10,980 nt of DNA, taken from the NCBI GenBank assembly GCA_043228905.1, contig JBHGNT010001205.1, positions 1-10,980 on the forward strand, read 5' to 3'. Origin of the DNA: Azolla caroliniana (lineage: Eukaryota > Plantae > Polypodiophyta). The notes below the pieces were generated by a model, which saw only the letters and a list, made by a program, of their open reading frames with translations, searched no databases and was not told where the DNA came from. Position 1 is the first letter of the stretch, and the number at the start of each line of letters is the position of its first letter. Made by a program: the position numbers and the translations under genes. Positions 1-9,129 of the stretch are shown here, one piece after another.

Positions 1-1
1 A

Positions 2-178
2 AAAGTTATCAAGCGTTTCATCTTGCATGCCAAGAAGACCGCATTCGTTGTTGAACACGATTTCATCATGGCAACCTATCTGGCTGATAGAGTGATTGTA
101 TACGAGGGAAAGCCGTCTGTGGATTGTGTTGCAAACACGCCTCAAAGTCTCTTGACTGGAATGAACTTGTTCCTTTCG
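2..178 (+). CDS. ABCE1: ABCE1/RLI (ribosome recycling ABC-E ATPase), penultimate coding exon, 5'-partial
   Basis: Frame 2 reads [59 protein letters not shown], the NBD2 H-loop region (VVEHD) of ABCE1/RLI1 (plant ABCE2/RLI2). It ends at a GT donor at 179. Confidence 0.96.
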
Positions 179-283
179 GTAGATTCATGAACCTTTAATT
201 TAGTTTAATGTTTGTTTGTTTAGGTATGTACATACTCACACATGAGGAACTTGCTATTAAATAAACTGTTGCTTTGGTTTCAG
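179..283 (+). other. Spliceosomal intron of the ABCE gene (105 nt, phase 0)
   Basis: GTAGAT...TTTCAG boundaries and a T-rich interior; splicing joins LFLS to HLDITF in frame. Confidence 0.93.
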
Positions 284-403
284 CATTTGGACATTACATT
301 CCGACGGGACCCAACTAATTTTAGACCTCGTATAAACAAGCTCGAATCCACGAAGGATAGGGAACAGAAGTCTGCTGGGTCTTATTACTACTTGGATGAC
401 TAA
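284..403 (+). CDS. ABCE1: ABCE1/RLI terminal coding exon
   Basis: [39 protein letters not shown] with TAA at 401-403; this is the conserved C-terminus of plant ABCE proteins. Confidence 0.96.
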   Translation, partial: HLDITFRRDPTNFRPRINKLESTKDREQKSAGSYYYLDD

Positions 404-528
404 CTGCATTTAGAAAAGCAAAAATGTTGATGAAGTCTATCATCAGAAGAAGAGACCTGCCAATGCCAGAGCTACCATGCAGTTGGGATAAATATGGGTA
501 AATTCTAAAGGATTCAGAAACAGAGAAT

Positions 529-547
529 GAGAGAGAGAGAGAGAGAG
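529..547. repeat. (GA)9G microsatellite in the probable ABCE 3'UTR
   Basis: Direct reading of GAGAGA... at 529-547, about 125 nt after the stop codon. Confidence 0.9.
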
Positions 548-2194
548 CACAGCCCCTCACAAAATTGAAGCATTGTGAGACCCGTAGGATGTTTTACAAC
601 TTATATGGATGTGTATTGCTAATTGTTATTCCTGCCTGTTGTGAGATTTTTCCTTTTGTATTTTCTACTAGCTATACCTCTTTGTTTGTTCTGGAAAATT
701 TTGATACATTCCAGCTTAAAAACCTGTACTTTTCATTGAGAAATTTGCCTATCATAAAACCTATAAATTAGGTTGAATGTGTTGTGCTGAAATTGTAAAT
801 TGAGATCGTTAAATGCTCTCATTTTTTGGGATTGCGTAATATGCTGATAGTTGAAACACTGAAAGCATTCCAATGTCACTGTTCAGAAATATGTGCTGAA
901 TTTGAAATATTAAGTAGTGGCAGTGAGATGCTACTATAGCTGGGTGTGTTAATATATGAGATACCAAATTAAAAATCTTTATGAGACATTTTCGGAAATG
1001 AATGTGTCAGTACTTTTTGAATCGATGGTTTTGAATTATAAAAGCTTAAAGCAACAGATGCTATTTGATATGGTGTAAAGAGGAAAAGAGGTATTGTTGG
1101 TTGAGAAATAAAGGAATTGTGCGTTTATATTTCTTTGATAAGTAACGTGTTATTATTTGAAGGTGAACAGTTTTGAGAAGGGAAGCAGTTCACAATGGCA
1201 ACCTATTACGATTGACTCACAGCTGTCCACGGATGTACAATTCTCATTAAGATTGTGGGGAAAAGAATTAGGGCACCCTTCATAGTTGAATGTTTTATTT
1301 AGATTGTATGAAGAGTATTGGCACTAATTTAGTTAATGTTTTGATGTTTGGGAAAGTTTTACTCTTCCAATTTGATTGTGATGTGTATTTCATCATGGAA
1401 TTTCAGAAGTACAGAATAATTTAAGTCTTTTGTTGAATCATTCTCTGATATTGTTCTGTTGATAGATGATAAAGTGAATCATACTGTTATTCTTAGTTGT
1501 AAAGGTGTTTTGGGTATTGGACCCTTATTATGTGGGGCAAGTGCTAGGTAAGAAAAGTCATATTTATTTATATTCTCAGACATGCATTCATTGAAAATGA
1601 AATTAGATGTAAGTTTTTTTTGTGAAATTGTAGGATAGGCAAGTCAGAAGAACCATAAACATTTGCTGTGAGTTGGTAAGGAATTTTATTGATACTTAAT
1701 TTAAGTAATTCATTGGGCTAAGATTGATCACAATTCATAAGGTGGTTATCTCCTCTTTACCCAAGTTGATGTTTTTTGAGAGAAGCTCAACATGCATGTG
1801 TGTGTATAAATGGAAGTCACACTTGATTGGAAACAGTGTAAATTATGTAGTTACATGAGCAACTATATTCAATATCCAATTAGCCACTCGGAATTAGTGC
1901 AGTCAAGGAATACTCAGATATTCTTATGATAAATCGTACTTGAGTGTAAGTCTAATTATAGACTTACCCAAACACATTCAATGTGGTTGGTGTATTCAAA
2001 CATGTATATACTATAGACAAAGGCTTATTGGAATGTTGACTTTTTTCCTCTTTGTGCTTAATATTTTCATCTCCTCTCTTGTGAATGTTCGTGAATCGTA
2101 ATGACTAATCTCTAACTCTCTTCTCAACTTCTCTCTTACATCCGCATAACACATTGTTTCTGCATAAATAATTAGGAAACCCTATTTATTTACA

Positions 2195-2206
2195 TGGTAG
2201 CAGAGC
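2195..2206 (+). promoter_or_regulatory. Primer-binding site complementary to initiator tRNA-Met
   Basis: TGGTAGCAGAGC matches the canonical plant copia PBS TGGTATCAGAGC at 11/12 positions and follows the LTR-terminal CA. Confidence 0.85.
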
Positions 2207-2353
2207 GTGAGCTTTCAAAATAGCTCATCTATCTATAGTGTTCATTTGCTTGAGATGTCCATGTCAAACTAACCATCGCCATCATAGTGATGCTACATAG
2301 CATGTGTACATGATAGAAGAAAGAAGTTGAGAAGCCAAAAGTCTACACCAACA

Positions 2354-4956
2354 ATGAATACACAAACGAGTAGTTCACTTCCCATGGAGAAGCTTGATCA
2401 CAATAACTTTGCATCTTACAAGTACAAGATGAACTAGAACCTTGTCAGACAAGGTTAGGGTTATTGGGGGTTACATCGACGGAGCACACGACAAAGTCTA
2501 ACCTGGCACACATAGACTACCCTACATGGGAGCAAATGGCATGTCAGATCTTATATTATTTAGCCACACATGCTCATCTACTTCTGAGACGTGAAGATGC
2601 CTAATGAAGCGTGGGACAACTTGAGGACGATCATCATAGTAGTACCATTGTTTGGAAGCTCCAATTTTAACAAGAGCTCAACAACATTCAGCAAAGACAT
2701 ATGTTTGTGACTAGCAAAATGTGAAGTTCAAGGAGCTTATGATTCCCTTGGATTCATAAACATATCGATGAAGATAAGATGGTGCAAGTATGCATTAGTG
2801 ACTTGCTGCACAACGATTCAGGTAGAGTTTCGGATGAGCATCTACATGAATCCCTTGTCCTTCTTCAATTGACAATCAATGCTATTGCTTGAAGAAAACC
2901 ACATGAAAGTTGTGAAGAATGCAATGAATGACGTCCAGACGCACTACACATGAATGTGGAAAAAGAGGAAGACCTGTTTGACAAAGTAGCATACGAGGTT
3001 CACAATAAGTAGAGAATTCTCAAATCTGACATGAGAGTGGACCCCATTAAGAAACCTTTAGTAATGGCTTGAGTGGGCAAAATAATCTAATAAAATATTG
3101 GTATGGAGGCAAGCCCGATCATTACGAAGAAGATGGCCGAAAGAGGAAGAGTGATTCAGCAAGCATGAGCCGACAACACACGAACTACACTAAGAATGTT
3201 GACTATGGAGACGATGGTTCAATACTCTTCATGAATCACATGGTGAAGACGATGTTGGCTAGCACCACAAAGTCAAAAGATGTGTGGTTTGTCAACTTGG
3301 GAGCCTCCAACCACATGACCTGAGCTTGAACTACCCGGCTATGTCGAGACAGGAGAGGACTTGACACACCTGATGCAACACATCGTTGATGTGCCCTTCA
3401 ACCATTATGGTAAAAAGCGATACATCAAGAACTTCTTGAATGTTCCGAGATCACAAAAAAAGTGAAGTTGTTGAAAGAATTATCAAGCAAGGAAATGAAG
3501 TTCGGTTCAAATGAGGAGGTTGCTGCATCGAGCATATGGTTGGACTCATCGGTCGAGGATGTAGAGAAGTTCGAATCTTCATCGTTCATGGACATGAATA
3601 AGGTGAAATCGGCCATGTATGCAGAAGGACTCAAGACCAAGTACGACATCGACATGGTGGCGTTGAAGAATTGGCCACATCAACCTTCACAAACTTCGGC
3701 CAATCCAGTTGAAAGGAATAATCAAATGGTTTTTTGAAGTTCAACTCAAAGAAGGTCAAACAAGTATGCGAGGCTTGTCAACTTGGAAAATAACACACGC
3801 TTCCCTTTCCAAACGAGTGAAGTGTACGCAGAGGCTTACTCAACGTCATCCACTCGAACATATGGGAAGAGACTCAGAATGTAACAATCGGTGGATGTTC
3901 TTCTTGACCTTCATCGAAGACTTTTCCTGGCATACATGCAATGTGCATAAGAATAGCAAAGTGGTCATGCACTTTTAAGGACTAAAGAGCTGGTAAGGAA
4001 AGAAATGAATTGGAAGATTCAATGCTTACGATAAGAATAGTTCTAAGACAAGTTAGTTTATGACATACCAACAAAACAAAGGGATATGCTAACAATTCAC
4101 TTGTTGGCACACACCTCAACAAAATCGAGGTAGCACGGGCCATGTTGCACGAAAAGAGCATGCTCAACTTCTACTTAATGAATCTATCTATGATGGAGGG
4201 ATTTCGTTTAGGACATAATCCCACCCTTCGGGAGAAAGCCGAACCTTTCGCACATGAATGTCTTCGGCAACATCGCATACATCATGTATCGAACGAGAAG
4301 GGGTGAAGGCTTGACCCATAATGAGAAAAGTGTATCCTCATTGGATACTTTCTCGAACAAAAGGGATACAAGTGCTTCAAACCCATGATTCGACTAGATC
4401 AGGTTAACCGAGATATAATTTTTGACGAGACGACATCATGGTATGCCCCAACATTGAAGTCTTGCACGTGGTATTGCCATGAACCCAAGCTTGACAAGCT
4501 AAAGGCAAGTCAAAGAAAAATATGAAGTTGGGAACATGTGCTTTAACAATAGCATTTCAAAAAACTCATCTGATCTATCAAAAGTGAGTTTGGTGTACCC
4601 ATCATCCACACACTAGGAGATAAGAATGCCCTAGAATCGGCAAACATGAAGCTTCACTGATCAACTAGATAGAAGAATATGATTAGGAGGTTCGATAACA
4701 ATGAGTACATGGCAAATCATTACATGCGTTGATGATGAAAGCAACAATTGTCCAAGAACCAAAAACCTTTGTTGAAACAATGGAAGATCCCCGATGGATC
4801 GAAGCCATAGAGGAGGAGATGCAAACATTGGTCACCAAAGACGCATGACACATTGTCCCATTGAGGAAGAAGGAAATTGGTTGCTGATGGGTGTACAAAG
4901 TTAAGTACAATGCTGATGCCACCATCAATTGATACAAAGCCTGACATGTAGCAAAA
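2354..4956 (+). pseudogene. Copia gag-pol pseudogene (many stops, frameshifts and deletions)
   Basis: ATG at 2354 gives MNTQTSSSLPMEKLDHNNFASYKYKM..WGYIDG (gag N-terminus), then EAWDNLRTI. Decayed Zn knuckle YWYGGKPDHYEEDG at 3096-3137. Protease WFVNLGASNHMT at 3285-3320 (canonical DSGAS). Integrase WWR*RIGHINL, CEACQLGK (3767), IHSNIWG, FLTFIEDFS (3901), TPQQN, KCILIGY..EQKGYKC, VNRDIIFDE. RT start EPKTF...WIEAIEEEM...GC*WVYKVKYNADATIN*YKA*HVAK at 4756-4956. Confidence 0.93.
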
Positions 4957-5646
4957 TTACTTTCTTTACATCACCTGAAACTCAATAATAAGCTATATAT
5001 AAACAAAAATGGTTAGTTGCAGTGACCACCAATGCATGGATTGAGTTTTATTCTATTGCTTGAAATTATAATTCTATGCAAAATATACTATTGAGATAAC
5101 TACATCATTAGGAAAATTGGATATACTAGTCAAAATCCCTTGGTTTAAGCAACTTTCTAACTAATCATTTCTTTTATCCACTTTCCTTTCGTAAGTTGTG
5201 TGCACATTTTCAAACAGCTTAATAGGGATTAAAATTTCACGAAACTCTTTTGGACACCACCTACATCTAGTAGGTCCACAGTCTGAACATATACCCATGA
5301 TACATTTGTAATTGTGGAAGAGAGCCTCAAATCCTCTCAGACACAATACTGAATCTAAAAGACCACTCATTGATCTGTAAACATCCTTTGATGACGTAAA
5401 TTGTTCTGTATGGTTAGATTGACAAATTGGGCAGTTACAAGTGCATACCACGTCCTATAGTGAGGAGCTATGGTGACGGAGTAGATGAACAGAATCCTTG
5501 AGAAAACCCATTTGTATGTGATAAATGCAACAACATGTGAATCAATCATTCAAGCATTTCACAAAAAATGGTTTAAGAGACTTGAATGTTCGTAGTTGAA
5601 CTTTGATCGTTGGATGCATTTGCTTAAACATAATAAATCAATCAAC
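4955..5646 (-). pseudogene. Degenerate Sola-like DNA transposase, downstream exon (3'-truncated)
   Basis: One frame from 5646 reads VD*FIMFKQMHPTIKVQLRTFKSLKPFFVKCLND*FTCCCIYHIQM...CTCNCPIC...SVLC...CIMGICSDCG...FPNDVVISIVYFA*NYNFKQ*NKTQSMHWWSLQLTIFV. This matches the F..LKP..V, CCCxYH, CxxGxCxxC and DFAENY...EIQSxHW motif series that I associate with Sola (Sola2-type) transposases. Confidence 0.75.
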
Positions 5647-6326
5647 CTGCATAAAAAGAAGCGTATCTTATTAGGTATTTGTAGCAAATTAGTTATGGCT
5701 AGTAGTTCATATAGTTAACTAGTTTGCAATAATTGATGTAGCTAGTTAGCTATGGCTACTACCTAATGTAGCTAATTAGCTATATTAAGTCTCTAATGTA
5801 GCTAATTAGCTATGACAGCCACCTAATGTAGGTAGTTAATTATCTATGGCCACTCCTTGATGTAACTAGTTAGGTATGGCCACTACTTGATGCAGCTAAT
5901 TAGCTATATGAAGTCTCTAATGTAGCTAGTTAGCTATGGCCACTACCTGATCTAGATTGTTATCTATGGCCACTACTTGATGTAGCTAGTTAACTATAGC
6001 TATTACATGATGTAGCTAGTAAGTTATAGCCACTACTTGATGTAGCTAATTAGCTATAACCATGCTCTGATGTAGCTAATTAGCTATGGCCACTAGATGA
6101 TATAGCTAATCAACTATGCCCACTCCTTGATGCAGTTAGTTAGCTATGGCCACTCCTGATCTAGTCTAATGCTTATTAGGTATTAGATGCTAACTACTTG
6201 TGGCTATAAGCTTAATAATTAATAGATAATTAAATATTTGTGGCTAATAAGTAACAACAAGAACTACTAATACTAAGTGATCTTAGTTTCTTGCCATTGA
6301 TACAAGATGTAGATAAATGTAAATAC
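5647..6326 (-). other. Phase-0 GT-AG intron (680 nt) in the Sola-like transposase gene
   Basis: Minus-strand donor CCCCAA|GTATTT at 6326 and acceptor TTTTATGCAG|GTT at 5647. Splicing joins HLLDVPQ to VD*FIMFK in frame. Confidence 0.75.
5678..6165. repeat. 30-bp minisatellite, about 16 diverged copies, consensus CACTACTTGATGTAGCTA(A/G)TTAGCTATGGC
   Basis: Units start every 30 nt at 5851, 5881, 5911, 5941, 5971, 6001, 6031, 6061, 6091, 6121 and 6151. More diverged copies extend back to ~5678. Confidence 0.95.
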
Positions 6327-6989
6327 TTGGGGTACATCAAGAAGATGAAAGGAATGCTCCTCGTATTGACTCATTTCGAAACGTTTTCTACACAAATCCT
6401 TCTTATTGAATGAAACCCTACTCTTGTTAGTCCAAAATATGGTGATTATATCATTGATTTATGATGTTATGGGCGTCATTGGCTTACATCTTGTGGTTAG
6501 CTTTAGTAGACTACTTCTTTCACCTCAACTTAAGCGGTTCATTGTATTGTACATGCTTTGTCTACTATCACCAATTAACTTAGATAAACACATTCATGTT
6601 CAGAAGTGGAAGGATCACGCATTCCACTTTTTAGATTCCTTTCACAATTGTGCAAATTTATGCAATGTATCGAAACTTGTTACACCAATGTCACACGTTC
6701 CTCAACCCATATAGAATTTGCTCAATTATTAATATTTAACAAGTTTCAAAGTAAAATACATGTATTTTTTGAACATTGTTAAAGTTGATGATCTCCAAAT
6801 ACGAAACTTATTTAAAATTATATCATATGACAATTCTTTATTCAATTGACAATCGTTAAACTTTTAGACTGTATGATGCAATTTGCAAAGTTGGTTGAAA
6901 TGTTGTGAAAATCATGATCTTCAGACATAAAATGTAGTTACAGACTATGAACATGGTCTATACAACAATTGATCTCCAGGTTTAACCAT
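6327..6989 (-). pseudogene. Degenerate Sola-like transposase, upstream exon (5' extent uncertain)
   Basis: The stretch 6590-6327 reads CLSKLIGDSRQSMYNTMNRLS*...IFWTNKSRVSFNKKDLCRKRFEMSQYEEHSFHLLDVPQ (FW..SR.SPNKKD-like motif). A candidate ATG at 6989 (MVKPGDQLLYRP...) is speculative. Confidence 0.6.
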
Positions 6990-7075
6990 CTTGTGGGGGT
7001 GTAGGGAGAAGAAATGGAAGTGATAGCTATAGTTAGTGATTATGTGTTATGCATTCTAATACTTAGTGAATGTTG

Positions 7076-7140
7076 CCCGATACACACACCCATGAGAGAG
7101 TTTCCCCAATACACACCTATGAGAGAGGACTCCCATACAC
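7076..7140. repeat. Short tandem direct repeat, ~28-bp unit x2.4 (CCC(G/A)ATACACAC..ATGAGAGAG)
   Basis: cccgatacacacacccatgagagag / ccccaatacacacctatgagagag / cccatacac. Confidence 0.75.
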
Positions 7141-7197
7141 ATGTATCATATAATGGATACACTTGGACACGCATTATGGTCACACGCCCAAAAGTAA

Positions 7198-7205
7198 GGT
7201 GGGTC
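7198..7205. repeat. Left 8-bp target-site duplication GGTGGGTC
   Basis: Identical to 10686-10693 and directly abuts the left TIR. Confidence 0.95.
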
Positions 7206-7230
7206 TAACAATCGACAACGGTTCAGTTCG
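7206..7230 (+). repeat. Left TIR TAACAATCGACAACGGTTCAGTTCG
   Basis: The reverse complement of 10661-10685 is TAACAATCGGCAACGGTTCAGTTCG, one mismatch. Confidence 0.95.
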
Positions 7231-7447
7231 GTTCGAAAGTCTCAAACCCAAACCGGTTCAAACCGAACTCTTAAGAAAAAGTTGTAACCTAAACCGAACT
7301 TAACCGAGCCACAAAACCGTCTAAACCAAAACCATTGAAACCGAACCGTTTACACAAAATTCAAACCTAAACCAAACGGTTCTAGAAGTAAGTACTAGAA
7401 CCGTTAAACTGTTAAACTGCGGTTTCGCGGTTCGGTTTTGGTTTTGG
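7219..7447. repeat. Subterminal AACCG/CGGTT motif array (probable transposase-binding sites)
   Basis: Dense AAACCG, AACCGAAC and CGGTTC motifs in both orientations. Short subterminal motif arrays are typical of plant hAT elements. Confidence 0.8.
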
Positions 7448-7667
7448 TATTAAACAAATTATTAATGTTTTTTCTCAATGCATTATGAATCATTATGGCA
7501 TATAACAATAAATAAAAGGTTCCATAATAAAGAATGGTACAAAACTTAATTGGAGTTTGGAGACCTAAAATAAACTTCACCAGTTTTTTCACAAAAATTA
7601 CAAAATGTTAGCAAAGACGTATCTCATGGAGGAAATCTTACTATAATAGGAGCCAAAACTATATAAC

Positions 7668-8260
7668 TTACACAAATGTATTTACGATTTTTGCTTTTTC
7701 ATAATCTCCATTATAGGAGCTCAATGTAGTATGAACTCTACCTTCTAGATAATTGCAAGCTTTGCTTGTGGGATCATACATCTAGAATAAAAATGAGGCT
7801 TCTATAATTTGAATACAGATTCAAATATTACAAGATCACTGTATCATTATCTACAATATTGACATGCTAAGATATATATTTGTGTCCTATGAACAATAGA
7901 AAAGATGGGGTTCTCAACTTTGTAAGCTCTGCTCGTAGAGTTGGATTGGTACAAATAGCTCGATATGTACAATCACGAATGTCCTCACGATCACACTCTG
8001 TCGATATTCGAGCTAACTCTTTGAAGGTCCTAGCCTTAGTGAAGTCTTCTATGTTAGATTTAGTAAAAATGACCAAATCAATCAACAGAATTGATGACCA
8101 TAATGAATAACTAGAATAAGTCAAAAAACAAAATGAGTCTCACCTTGTACAAGTTGATGTGATTCACATTTAGGAAAGTTGGCGATTCCACGAGCAACCT
8201 GAGATTGTACATTTGAGTTAAGCCGCACATTGATAGCCTCAATCAACTTTTAAAATTCAC
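7668..8260 (-). pseudogene. Exon-like decayed coding segments of unknown product inside the hAT element, downstream of the transposase stop
   Basis: The 117-nt segment 8260-8144 is bounded by GACAG|G and AAG|GTGAGA and reads EF*KLIEAINVRLNSNVQSQVARGIANFPKCESHQLVQ. The stretch 8110-7668 reads FTKSNIEDFTKARTFKELARISTECDREDIRDCTYRAICTNPTLRAELTKLRTPSFLLFIGHKY and, after shifts, YDPTSKACNYLEGRVHTTLSSYNGDYEKAKIVNTFV. Confidence 0.45.
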
Positions 8261-8453
8261 CTGTCTAAAACCTCAATTAAGGTAAATTGTCAAATAATTA
8301 AACAAATAACTAAATACGAAGCTTTAAAAACATTAAAATTCATAAAAAATGTAGACTTTAAAAAATACCAAAAAATCCCATGATATTTTATAAATATGAA
8401 TGACAACAGTATGAAAGTATAATGTTTGAAATTAAAAAGAAATATATGGGCAA

Positions 8454-9060
8454 TTAAGCACATGTTCTAATTTGACTCAACATATAGGCCACTACATCAT
8501 CCTCCATAGCAATATCTTCCACATCTATATCCAACTTATTATACGCTTCACTAAAGTTTTCAGGTAATGAAACATTTGCCTCATTAAGGACATCCAACCA
8601 TGACCTAATGCACATTTCAGCCTTGAAAGTGCATGAGTGTAGACGAATTGTATCTTGAAAGTTATATTTTGCTTTAGAATTAGCCTCCTCTGAAGGCATT
8701 GATGATGCTGGTATTGCTAAATAGTCACACTCCATCTTGTACATTCGAGGTAAAGCAAACCTGGTTTAGATGTAAACAAACATTTTGAAACTGGTTTTGC
8801 ACAAAATTGATGAAAAATGTTAAATTTATTATTGAGAAATGTGAAGCAAACCTGTTGTTGAACCACCATTGAAGTGGATCAATATCTGTTTGTGCTCGAG
8901 GAAATCTCATAAATTGTTCCATTTCTAATTGTGAAGTTGTCATTGATTCTTGAGAAGGCTTATTGACACATAGGATTTCCCAAAGATCTTCACGTTTTGT
9001 AAGATTTCTTTCACGTGTTTCATCAATAGAGTTGTTACTGTATCTAACATTGAGGGGGAA
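8454..9060 (-). pseudogene. hAT transposase C-terminal remnant (dimerisation domain), two exons ~9060-8852 and 8760-8454
   Basis: Splicing out 8851-8761 gives SQLEMEQFMRFPRAQTDIDPLQWWFNNRFALPRMYKMECDYLAIPASSMPSEEANSKAK...AEMCIRSWL...*, matching the hAT L.WW...P.L...A.D.LAIPASS..SER.FS pattern. No BED finger or RWNS catalytic core is visible. Confidence 0.9.
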
Positions 9061-9129
9061 CTAAAAGCTTTATATTTGCTATAGTCAAACAATTTTAGTT
9101 CTCTTAAGCATGTAGGCAATATGTTATTA

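Larger units (their letters stand above)
2030..4956 (+). mobile_element. Degenerate, 3'-truncated Ty1/copia LTR retrotransposon (5' LTR start approximate)
   Basis: LTR-like end ...TTTACA (2194) directly followed by a PBS, then gag-PR-IN-RT domain order (integrase before RT indicates copia). No RNase H, PPT or 3' LTR is present, so the left LTR boundary cannot be fixed. Confidence 0.92.

Noticed and set aside
321-771. ORFs 321-560 (-) and 565-771 (+)
   Set aside because: One is antisense to the ABCE exon and GA repeat; the other lies in the T-rich 3'UTR with a non-ATG start. Neither has recognisable motifs.
1740-2030. Possible extension of the copia 5' LTR (TATAAA at ~1805, several TG starts)
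   Set aside because: There is no second LTR or TSD in the window to define the boundary.
3425-4947. Minus-strand ORFs 3425-3655, 3982-4167, 4683-4937 and 4720-4947
   Set aside because: They are antisense shadows of the copia pol pseudogene.
5678-6165. CRISPR-like appearance (palindromic conserved core with more variable linkers)
   Set aside because: The linkers are only ~10 nt and are homologous to each other rather than unique spacers. The context is a eukaryotic intron with no cas genes, so it is a minisatellite.
6406-6714. 102-aa hydrophobic plus-strand ORF
   Set aside because: It is antisense to the Sola-like upstream exon, has a non-ATG start, and its hydrophobicity follows from T-richness.
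8111-8143. GTGAGA...TTCTAG as an intact intron (minus strand)
   Set aside because: At 33 nt it is too short for a normal plant intron, and the joined frame hits a stop quickly. At best it is a deleted remnant, so it is not annotated as a functional intron.
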